NCBI GenBank assembly: GCA_002269645.1 | Contig: NIVC01002256.1 | Coordinates: 193,828 to 257,827 of the forward strand | Origin: Macrostomum lignano | Taxonomy: Eukaryota | Reading direction: 5' to 3' | Length of the DNA: 64,000 nucleotides | Part shown: one piece after another, positions 1 through 17,100 of the stretch | Position numbering within the stretch: position 1 is the stretch's first letter | Layout: the number at the start of each line of letters is the position of its first letter | The notes under the pieces: generated by a model | Told to the model about the DNA's origin: nothing | Databases searched by the model: none | Seen by the model: the letters and a program-made list of their open reading frames with translations, nothing else | Made by a program: the position numbers and the translations under genes

Positions 1-2930
1 GCTGGCTGCTGATGTCGCCCATTGAGTTTCTCCCGGGTCGAGAACACGGGACTGTAATTTTTTCAAGGCGGGTGAGTAAAGTCGCTGGACAGCTTTTGAA
101 ACTGCCTCTGAAAGATCCCACAGAAGTAGTTGATGTCCTCTGAAAGACCCCACAGAAGTAGTTGTGTCCTCTGAAAGATCCCACAGAAGTAGTTGTGTCC
201 TCTGAAAGATCCACAGAAGTAGTTGTGTCCTCTGAAAGACCCCACAGAAGTAGTTGTGTCTCTGAAAGACCCCACAGAAGTAGTTGTGTCTCTGAAAGAT
301 CCCACAGAAGTAGTTGTGTCCTCTGAAAGACCCCACAGAAGTAGTTGTGTCCTCTGAAAGACCCACAGAAGTAGTTGTGTCCTCTGAAAGACCCACAGAA
401 GTATTTGTGTCCTCTGAAAGACCCCACAGAAGTAGTTGTGTCCTCTGAAAGACCCACAGAAGTATTTGTGTCCTCTGAAAGACCCACAGAAGTAGTTGTG
501 TCCTCTGAAAGACCCCACAGAAGTAGTTGTGTCCTCTGAAAGATCCCACAGAAGTATTTGTGTCCTCTGAAGATCCCACAGAAGTAGTTGTGTCCTCTGA
601 AAGACCCCACAGAAGTAGTTGTGTCCTCTGAAAGATCCCACAGAAGTAGTTGTGTCCTCTGAAAGACCCCACAGAAGTAGTTGTGTCCTCTGAAAGACCC
701 CACAGAAGTAGTTGTGTCCTCTGAAAGACCCCACAGAAGTATTTGTGTCCTCTGAAAGACCCACAGAAGTAGTTGTGTCCTCTGAAAGATCCCACAGAAG
801 TAGTTGTGTCCTCTGAAAGACCCCACAGAAGTAGTTGTGTCCTCTGAAAGACCCCACAGAAGTAGTTGTGTCCTCTGAAAGATCCCACAGTTGTGTCCTC
901 TGAAAGACCCCACAGAAGTAGTTGTGTCCTCTGAAAGACCCCACAGAAGTAGTTGTGTCCTCTGAAAGACCCCACAGAAGTAGTTGTGTCCTCTGAAAGA
1001 CCCCACAGAAGTATTTGTGTCCTCTGAAAGACCCCACAGAAGTAGTTGTGTCCTCTGAAAGACCCCACAGAAGTAGTTGTGTCCTCTGAAAGATCCCACA
1101 GAAGTAGTTGTGTCCTCTGAAAGATCCCACAGAAGTAGTTGTGTCCTCTGAAAGACCCCACAAAGTAGTTGTGTCCTCTGAAAGACCCACAAAGTAGTTG
1201 CGTCCACCGAAAGACCTTGCGGAAGTAGTTGCGTCCAAAGAAGTACTCATTATATTTTCACGCATCATTTAATCGTTGCATCTGATTCTCCGTCGCACAG
1301 CACTGGAAGCGACAGTTCTTCGAGCTGTCGCTGGTCCGCGGCCAGACCACCCAGGACACCGACCGGTTCCATCTGACCTGCTATTCAAAAAGCGATCGCA
1401 AGCGACGAAAGGCTGCATCGATTTGAACACTGTGACGGACCTGCGCAAGATGTCCGTGCCACCGGATGAACTGCTGGCAACGCTGAGCAGGAAGCATCTC
1501 TGCGATGATTGCCAGCCGATGGATGCCGACCCCAGTCGTCAAGTTGTCACCTACGACCGGCTGCCGTTCTTCAGCTTCGAGGCAATGTTCGGCGAGCACC
1601 GCGGTCGAGTCTACCTGCTGGCTCAAGACCCCAGGCAGATGCAGCATTGGGTGAGGCTGCTCTGTTCTTTTTTTGTGCATTTGTTCTTGCGATTTATCGA
1701 GACGATGTTCAAACTAAACAGCACCTTTTCGAGAAGATGCTCAACCTGAAAGAGCGTCTTGCCGAGAAGATGCTCAACCTAAAAGAGCGCCTTGTCGAGA
1801 AGATGCTTAACCTAAAGAGCGCCTTGTCGAGAAGATGCTCAACCTGAAAGAGCGCCTTGTCGAGAAGATGCTCAACCTAAAGAGCGCCTTGTCGAGAGAT
1901 GCTCAACCTGAAAGAGCGTCTTGTCGAGAAGATGCTCAACCTGAAAGAGCATCTTGCGAGAAGATGCTCAACCTGAAAGAGTGCCTTGTCGAGAAGATGC
2001 TCAACCTGAAAGAGCATCTTGCCGAGAAGATGCTCAACCTAAAAGAGCGCCTTGTCGAGAAGATGCTCAACCTGAAAGAGCGTCTTGTCGAGAAGATGCT
2101 CAACCTGAAAGAGCATCTTGCCGAGAAGATGCTCAACCTGAAAGAGTGCCTTGTCGAGAAGATGCTCAACCTGAAAGAGCATCTTGCGAGAAGATGCTCA
2201 ACCTGAAAAGAGCGCCTTGTCGAGAAGATGCTCAACCTGAAAAAGAAAAGCATCTTGCCGAGAAGATGCTCAACCTAAAAGAGCACCTTGTCGAGAAGAT
2301 GCTCAATCTGAAGAGCGCCTTGTCGAGATTCTTAGAAAGAGATGCTCTTTGATTGGTCCCTTGCTGCAAATGTCACGGTCTACATGGCCAAACTTTCAAC
2401 CGATGCTTTCCATTCACAAGGTGAGCTATTTAAGCTCCGCTTGCGACATGCCAGACGCTAAAGTCGGACAATCCGTAGATATGCCACAACCAGTATCGCC
2501 AGTGGCGCCAGTAAGTCCGTTTCTGTCAATTAATCGACCTTGGCATGACAAGGTCAACCCTCACACTGGCAGCTCAGGACGCCACCACAACAGCCCGACT
2601 GGAAGAAGAAATGTAGATGACGAGCCCTATGGAGAACTGCCGAGAGTAACCGGAGGAGAAGGCGTCTATGGCCGCATTGATACTGCCGGTCTGACAGAGA
2701 AATTGATGACACCAACTGCGTCGGTAGCAAGCGAGAGCGTCGATAGCGGCACTTTCGACATGCCGCCGAGTATCGCGCTGCGACAGTTCGTGTCGCAGAG
2801 CAGCGGCAAAGGCGCCGCCAGGCAGTCATCTACAGACTACGAAAACCTCATCCAGATTGGAGCGACGGTTGCCACAGCCTACATGCCAAATCAGGTCTAT
2901 GGCTGCGTGTCCTCAGACATGCATAAGTGA
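1..2930 (+). CDS. Gab/DOS-family PH-domain docking adaptor, 5' partial; exons <1-71, 1301-1650, 2421-2930; 1-nt frameshift near 1387-1391
   Basis: Spliced product reads (G)WLLMSP..RR|HWKRQFFEL..CYSK/KRSQATKGCIDL..VYLLAQDPRQMQHW|VSYLSSAC, which follows the Gab PH layout (GWLxKSP, WKRRWF, IxL, YLVA..M..WV..IC). Donors GTGAGT at 72 and GTGAGG at 1651; acceptors CAG at 1300 and AAG at 2420; both introns phase 0. The tail carries YGEL, YGRI, YENL and VYGCV tyrosine motifs; stop TGA at 2928-2930. Confidence 0.75.
102..1240 (+). repeat. Minisatellite, ~31-bp unit (GTGTCCTCTGAAAGACCCCACAGAAGTAGTT), in Gab-like intron 1
   Basis: Direct tandem copies with 1-nt indels. Confidence 0.95.
1728..2330 (+). 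repeat. Minisatellite, 33-bp unit (GAGAAGATGCTCAACCTGAAAGAGCGCCTTGTC), in Gab-like intron 2
   Basis: Tandem copies with frame-breaking indels. Confidence 0.95.
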
Positions 2931-4018
2931 TTTTACGACTGGACCTGCGTGTCTATTGCAGTTTTGCTCACTTGTAAAAAGACTATAGCTCTGTGTTGGT
3001 GTCAAATTCAATCAATTCTTCTGTGGTTTCTTCTCTCGATCCACACAGATGTACACCAATTCAATATGCTCAGTGAACAAATGAAAAGTTCTTATGGCTT
3101 AAGGTGATTTGCTCAATACTTCAGTATGAAAGAGTCAAAACTGAAACTGCTGCACAATTCTGAAAACCCTCAAAAGCATTAAAGAAGAACTATCAAGAAA
3201 CACTTTTTATATGCGTGATTCGAAGCAGAAAGCTTCCATTTTTCAAAGTTTTCTGCTACTGGACTTTTAATTGTATGATAAATCAAATTAAAAATAATTG
3301 AAGACCTCACAATACAGAAATTATACATGTAAATAACTACTGTAAGTTTTAAACGCTTTTCTGGCTGTAATGTTACGATTTAAATCAATATTTTCGCTAT
3401 GCCCTTGTAATCTATAACGAACAAATGTTTATATTAGAGTTCCACTCGTAACCAAGCTTTTCCCGGAATCTTTATCGTGCTAATAAAATACAATCAGCTC
3501 TCCCTGTGATGATCGAGTTCACTCTTGAACACGATAAAATCAAATCTTTTCGATTTACATCAAATAAACACAATTTGCGCACAAAAAATTTTCTTTAATA
3601 ACTTATCGACCTTATAGTTTCTCTCGAAAATAAAACTGTTAATTTAAAATCAATTTAAAGGAGAAATTTAGTTTTTCAATATTTTTTCCGTTACAAATCA
3701 TAACAAATTGCTTAGCTCCTTCTAATATTTTGTTTTAATGTTTTTATTTACGAATTTACGTTTTTTTAACACTTACATTGATTAAGTGACGATTCGGATT
3801 CCAGAACGCAATTTGAATAAATGAGCATTAATTTTATACTTCAATTTTAGGTATCAATATATGATTATTGCTAGAAAAAGACGGTAATTTTTTTATACCA
3901 ACAAATGGTGTTCAAAAAGATAAACAAAACATGACTTAACCAAGTACCTTTACGCTCTGTACATGTACAGAAGTAGAGAAGTTTATATTTTAACAGACAA
4001 GGCTAAAAATAGGCAAAA

Positions 4019-9975
<5,957 letters not shown>

Positions 9976-10229
9976 TTTGTTTCTCTTCAATTATAGCCTT
10001 CTGTAAAAAAATTAAATTTGCCAGTAGGACTTCTGAAACAGAGGAGCAAATTTCTGGTGCCAATAATGAGTTAGACAAGTCTTACACTATAGCTTAATCC
10101 AAACCTTATTCCTCAGTGTTGTCACCTAAACAGGACTCAGCGTCTCGCTGTGATTATTTTTTATGTAGTAAAGAAAAAATTAAAATATTAACTGGCACGG
10201 ACGCATGGTGTGACCCAGCCAAGTGAAAA

Positions 10230-10235
10230 TTTATT
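10230..10235 (-). terminator. Candidate polyadenylation signal (AATAAA) of centrin
   Basis: First canonical AATAAA on the minus strand after the centrin stop, followed by a U-rich tract at about 10190-10170. Confidence 0.45.
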
Positions 10236-10607
10236 TCATCCAATTATAAACAGTTAACCCATAGGAATACACAATTGTATTGGACGGGCTTTGAATGAAA
10301 TCAATTTTAAAATATCGTTCATTTTGTTATAAATATCGGTAGCCGAGCGGACTCGTAGCGAATAAAAATTCCAGCTCAGCTGATTTGCATACAGCAAAAG
10401 GTTGGCCTATTTATAGAAGCTGAAGTCAATAAAAATCAAAGGTTCGATTCGAAGACTCAATTGAGTTTGTTATATCTAGCAAAAATAAAACTTAACAACT
10501 AACCTGGAGCTTAGTTTTTCTCAACAAAATTAATAACTTTGTGCACTATTAAAATTATCTACGAGTATTTTCAAACTCCAAATTGTAATATAAAATCCCT
10601 GCAAGTC

Positions 10608-10888
10608 TTAATAGAGGCTGGTCTTCTTCATAATCCTCAGGAACTCGGACTCGTTAATCTCTCCGTCTCCATCCCTGTCCGCTTCGTCGATCATCTCCTG
10701 CAGCTCCTCGTCAGTGAGGTTCTCGCCGAGTTCTTTGGCGACTCGTTTCAAATTTTTGAACGAAATTTTCCCTGTTTCATCGTCGTCAAATAAGCGGAAG
10801 GCCTTTAGAATTTCTTCTTTAGAGTCTTTCTCGGTCATTTTGCTGGTCATCATGCTGAGAAAGTCGTTAAAGTCAATGCTGCCTGCGG

Positions 10889-10974
<86 letters not shown>

Positions 10975-11014
10975 ATAGTAGTAGTAGTAGTAGTAGTAGC
11001 AGTAGCAGTAGTAT

Positions 11015-11101
<87 letters not shown>

Positions 11102-11479
11102 CAGTAGTATTAGTAGTAGTAGTGATGAATAGTAGTAGTAGTAGTAGTAGTAGCAGTAGTATTAGTAGTAGTAGTGATGAATAGTAGTAGTAGTAGTAGT
11201 AGTAGCAGTGCATGTAGCTACATGTAACTACGTACCGGTTCCATCCTTGTCGTACTCTGCAATCAGTTTTTTAATTTCCTCCTTTTTCGGCTCAAATCCG
11301 AGAGCTCGCATTGCCACTTTGAGCTCCTTAATATCGATTGTGCCTGAGCCATCATTGTTGAACAGGTCGAAGGCCTCTCGAATTTCTTGTTTCTGCTCCT
11401 CAGACAGCTCAAGCTTAATTCCAGCTGCTTTCTTTTTCTGGCCACCGCCAGGCCCAACAGGTTTCTTAGTGGTAGCCAT
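10608..11479 (-). CDS. CETN2: Centrin (CETN1/2-type EF-hand protein); exons 11479-11236 and 10882-10608
   Basis: [43 protein letters not shown]|[68 protein letters not shown]. One phase-1 intron (GTACGT..CCCGCAG, 353 nt). CETN1 versus CETN2 orthology cannot be resolved by eye. Confidence 0.95.
10891..11207 (+). repeat. (AGT)n / (TAC)n microsatellite filling the centrin intron
   Basis: Seen directly. Confidence 0.97.
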
Positions 11480-14124
11480 AAGTGAACAAATTTTATGGGT
11501 TTATGCATTTGGCTACTACAATGATGTTTAGCATCTACACCTCATAACAACTATGAATCAAAAAGCCAGCCAAGAAGTGTTTCTATAAAGAGTAAAATCT
11601 GGGATTCATCAGACCTGTAATTGTATACAGTATAATTAATAAAGTTACAGTCAAATTAAGCAACACTATAAGTTTCCCAAAACTATGAATAATTTTCTCC
11701 GGTTTCTCCATAAAGGTTAAAGTGCAATTGTGAGATTTACAGTCTGACATACATGCATGTAAATGGTAGTAACCCAAATACCATGAACTAGGCACTAAAA
11801 AACGTTATGGTAAATCGATTCAGTTAAAAAAATTGATTGTTGAGTAATCTGAGCAATTTGACGAGTAAAACACGTCACAAATTGATGCTGAGAAGAGAAA
11901 GCCAACAATGCAACTTGTACAGAAAGCCCATAGTTAGAATAGTGAGTGTCTTGTCTTTACAAAGACAAAAAGAACAAGAACCTGCAACTTTCCCAATGAT
12001 TTTAAAAATAATAAAATTGCTTGTACTAAAAAAGCCAATATATTACTGATTTATATGACGCTTAAACTTAGCTGTATAGGCCAGTATAGGTCATATATGA
12101 CATATATCTAAATTACTAATATTAGTTATTGATAAGAGCTGCATAAAAATATAAATTAAGTCAACTTGTTAGCCAAACAACAATAGCTTTTGATTTTTTA
12201 TTTATTCTACACTATACGTCTGACTGAAGAACTACCTCCCTAACACATTATTTTGACAAGTTAACAAGAATGAATGAATGAATAAATGAGTTTCGAGGAC
12301 TCTCGACAAAAACTATTTTTAAAAAGGCAAATAGAATAGCGATACAAAATATGCTTGTGTCAACAATAACTGACATATGATTTGCGTTTTATGGAACAAA
12401 AAACTAAAAATTATTTGTATTTGTTAGTACCGTAGAAACAAAAAAATAATTTGATGACTTCTTTAAAGTTTTTGAAATAGAATTTGTTTGAATGGCTTTA
12501 CAAGCGAAGATTATTTACGAGCCTAATTTAAAATATAGAAAAAAGCTAGAAATAATTAATCTTTATTATGAGCCTGCCTGGCGCCGGCGCCGGCGGCAGC
12601 TTTGTTTTTGTGAAAGAGATAGTAATGTGAATATTAATTTGGAAATGTTTGTATTGAGAAGAAATATCTATTAATCCTCGTCCTTATGCCTCACTTAAGC
12701 TTTGAGCAGATCGGCGGATAGCATATTATTGCATACCATAGGCGATAGGCCATAGCATAGCAGATAGCATAACACAGATAGCAGGCTGCAGATAGACATG
12801 CTTAATTTGAAATTCAAAAAAATATCTGGTTGCTTTAAGTTTGATTGTTGAACTGACTGGGTTGAACTAAGTACTAATCAACTGACTTAAGTTTGAAGTC
12901 AGTTGATTTGATTAGTTGTTAGTATTTCAGTATTTCTGTATTTGTACATGTACATGTATATTAACTGGCTAGCTACTAGAAGAATAGACTTTTTAGACAA
13001 GAACAAGCCAGTTGCAAAATTATAGTTGTTGATCTAAAAGACCATAAAGCTATTGCAATTGCAATGTTTTCTACTTGCAAGAAATGCATGGTAGTTACTA
13101 TTAGTTTTAAGTTTGAGAATAGTTTAAGGTCTTTTTAATCCCAATGCCCTTAATAATCATTCACTTATCTAGATAAAATGGTCCTATGCTAGCTATCCTG
13201 AGAGAAACTTGGTTATGTTACTTATAGCCTTGTAAGGTATGTGTATTATGTTATAGTCATAATTATAGATAGTAGGATTTATAGAAATAATAGAATATAG
13301 GCCTATTTTAAGTTTTTTTTATATTTTTTCTATTTCTTTTATAGTGAGACTAAGGGTATAATATTTTTTGCAGAACCAAACTATTAAAAGTGATTTCAAT
13401 TCAACAAGCTAGTGAAAGGTAGCAAAAGTACTTTTGATTGATTGTACTTAGACTTTTTTGTTAGGCTACTATGATAAAAATATATCTATAAAAACTTGAA
13501 AAAGCTTATAACTTTTAAAACAACAGAATATTTCAAACTGGGCTTTAGCTTTATAGCTGTTTCTTCCATCCGTTTATTGCACTCAATGTCATAGATATGC
13601 ATTGAAGTATTACTCTGAAGAGTATGATATATACCCCTTAGGGTACAAGGCACAGTTAAGCCAATATTCATGCTCAACTTTTGTAGGCTCAAAGGTCTTA
13701 GCAGTCATTTAGCAGCATTCACTACAACCAAACCTATTGGTCAGTTAATATTTTGAAATATTGCTAACTTGATGTACTATAAGTCTATGGTTGAGCTCTG
13801 GCTACATTTTTGTTTATACGAGCGTAGCTTTTTTACCATTGTCTATTTTTATTGATATTAAAGTTAATATAAAGAAAAGAGTTGCCACTATTAATCTATA
13901 CAAAATGATGCTATACTACTTTTAGGACAGCCCTCATATGATGCCTTAAGAAATTAATAATGAGTTAAATCAAGTATAAGTAGCATATAAGTCCCCCTTA
14001 TGGCATCTAATCTTAAAAAATATTGATATTAATGGTGTCCTAAAGCCTTCATTATAAGCCATGACATCTTAGTACCTCTTTAATTTATTTAAAAACCTTT
14101 CCAGATTAAGCAAGAACAGTCAGA

Positions 14125-17100
14125 ATGCAGCTCGCACTGATGCAAGCATCTTCAGCTATCCTGCTATGCAGCCTAATGGTCCACTGCTGCATTGCCGACA
14201 CCAACTCTGCACCTAAAAGTCTGTCATCTGCCGCTGCCAACGGCCAGCCTCGAGCCCAGCGCTCCGACGAGCTGGTAGTGAAGCTGGACTGTCAGCCAGC
14301 CCTAGCCGGACAGCCAGTTGCCTACCGGATCGAATTCCGTCAGACATCCGACTGCACCAATGCTGCCACCATCACCATGACTGGGACCAGGCAGGACCGA
14401 TTCGATTCCCTTGGCGCCGCGCCTGTCTCAGCTGCAACCTGGTGGCTGTTCCGGCTTGGCGAGCTGCCTCAACAGGCTGGCACAGAGCCCAGCCTGCCGC
14501 TGCTCACTGTCAAAATGATGCCAAACTGTTCCGGACTGACTGTCAAGCCGTTGAAATCAACAGCCGGTATTGGAGACTATGCTGTGCTGGCTGACGCATC
14601 CGGCTGCAGCATAGTCAGAGTGCTGACTCTGCTGCCCAAGCTGCTCAGCAACACTCGGGGCCGCTGCCTGCTGTATGGCATACAGGGCGCTAACAGTGTT
14701 GGAGATGTTGAATCTGGCGATGCAGCCGATATGTGCATCCTGATCCAGGAGCACGGGTACAGCAACCGGCGCAGTCTGTTTGGCGAGCTGCGCGCCGATA
14801 ACAGGACCTGCTCGGCTGCCGCTTCGGCCAGTGTTGGCAATGGGGACAGCTTCATCAATCGGGTCTCGGTAGTGTTCGTGTCCGTGTCCTTTGTCCTGCT
14901 GGTGGCCATCAGCGTGTCCTGGATTGTGTTCTACTATGTGCAGCGGTTTCGTTACAGGCACGCTAAGAAGAGGCTCTCGGTGAGAAGAATGCTTTGCTGC
15001 TGTATTGGGCTGGTGATGGCCTCTTAAATTTGTCTTGATGGTTGGCATTTCAGCCTTCAGAATTTTCATCATTGAGAATCTTTATTATTCAGGTGATTCA
15101 GAATATTCATCATGCAGAATCTTCATCATTCAGAATCTTCATCATGCAGAATCTTCATCATGCAGAATCTTCATCATGCAGAATCTTCATCATTCAGAAT
15201 CTTCATCATTCAGAATCTTCATCATTCAGAATCTTCATCATTCAGAATCTTCATCATTCAGAATCTTCATCATTCAGAATCTTCATCATGCAGAATCTTC
15301 ATCATTTAGAATCTTCATCATTCAGAATCTTCATTCAGAATCTTTAATCATTCAGAATCTTTATCATGCAGAATCTTCATCATGCAGAATCTTCATCATT
15401 CAGAATCTTCATCATGCAGAATCTTCATCATTCAGAATCTTCATCATGCAGAATCTTCATCATTCAGAATCTTCATCATGCAGAATCTTCATCATTCAGA
15501 ATCTTCATCATTAAGAATCTTCATCATTCAAAATCTTCATCATGCAGAATCTTCATCATTCAGAATCTTCATCATTGAGAATCTTCATCATTCAGAATCT
15601 TCATCATGCAGAATCTTCATCATTCAGAATCGTCATTATTCAGAATCTTCATCATTCAGAATCTTCATCATTGAGAATCTTCATCATTCAGAATCTTTCA
15701 TGATTGAGAATCTTCATCATTCAGAATCTTCATTGAGAATCTTTATCGTTCAGAATTGTCATCTTTCAGAATCTTCATCATCTTTTTTCTTGCGAACTGT
15801 GTTCGTTTTCCTAAAATTACTCATTCCAAAATCTTTCTTACAATCGCTCGTTTCAATATCTTTCTTAGAATTGCCAACATCCTTCTTGGAATCGCCAATG
15901 TCTTTCTTGGAATCGCCAGTATCTTTCTTGGAATCGCCAATGTCTTTCTTGGAATCGCCAGTATCTTTCTTGGAATCGCCAATATATTTCTTGGAATCGG
16001 CCACTACAATATCTTTCTTAGAATCGCCAATATCTTTCTTGGAATCGGCCACTCCAATATCTTTCTTAGAATCGCCGATATCTTTCTTGGAATCGCCCAC
16101 TCCAATATGTTTCTTAGAATCACCCACTCCAATATGTTTCTTAGAATCGCCCACTCCAATATGTTTCTTAGAATCACCCATTCCAAAATGTTTCTTAGAA
16201 TGACCCACTCCAATATGTTTCTTAGAATCACCCACTCCAATATTTTTCTTATAATTGTTATTCAGCTTCATGTTTTCCATCACAACAGTGTCAGTACGAT
16301 TGCCTTATAAGGCAGTCAGGGTAGAAGCCTTGAATCAGGTAATTATTAGTCTGTTATATTCGTTTTTCTGAAACATTTGAGACAGCGATAGACACGAAAA
16401 TCGATGCGGGCTTCTCTGCGCCCGAGTGGAAAAAAATAAATTAACGATCCCTGCCGAAATGCATAATCCCAAGCTCGGACCAAAGCTTCCCAGCTTTCAA
16501 AGACAGACAGCACCGAATCCTTCTAACTGCTTTCTACTCGGGAGGCATATCGGTCTGGGGATAAACAAGCTGCATTCTTCTTCACCTGACGTAGCTAGAT
16601 GAACGAAAATGTGAAATATAATCCTTGTTTTTTTGTTTGAAACGTTTATTAATTTTTCAGAGTTTTAATTACTCAGCATTTGTCGTTTCTATTTCTCTCT
16701 CGTAATAATCTAATTCGATTTAATTAGAATGGATCCTGCCTGACCTAAAAGAGAGAGCAAATCGTCAGGCGAATCTTCCCGAGGAAAATTATATTCTTTA
16801 ATCTACAGGATTAATTATATAAGTGCCGGCCTCAGCTGCCCACGTCTCCAGCTGGGCCCCGCCTCTGTTCTATTTGCAGTAGCCCCTGTACCCATGCAGA
16901 AAAGTACTGCTTTACACACCTTTTTTCCTATCATGGATTGACTGACTGACTGACTGACTGACTGACTGACTGACTGACTGACTGACTGACTGACTGACTG
17001 ACTGACTGACTGACTGACTGACTGACTGACTGTCTGACTGACTGACTGACTGACTGACTGACTGACTGACTGACTGACTGACTGACTGACTGACTGACTG

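Noticed and set aside
63-1268. 401-aa minus-strand ORF
   Set aside because: It is the translation of a 31-bp intronic minisatellite, antisense to the Gab-like intron, with cycling frames and no domain.
1509-2352. EKMLNLKERLV 11-residue repeats resembling a hendecad coiled coil
   Set aside because: They lie between a good donor (1651) and acceptor (2420) whose joining completes the PH domain, and unit indels break the frame repeatedly.
10333-10460. tRNA gene suggested by A- and B-box-like motifs
   Set aside because: No acceptor stem or T-stem pairing, and the spacing is too long for an ordinary tRNA.
10608-11213. 201-aa ORF: poly-Thr fused to centrin EF-hands as a novel mucin-like centrin
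   Set aside because: Canonical splicing 11236 to 10882 yields a complete normal centrin; the ORF is intronic microsatellite read-through.
13921-14043. Short inverted repeat TTTAGGACA(G)CC..GGTGTCCTAAA as a tiny MITE
   Set aside because: Only about 11 bp with an indel and no clear TSD in AT-rich DNA; insufficient support.
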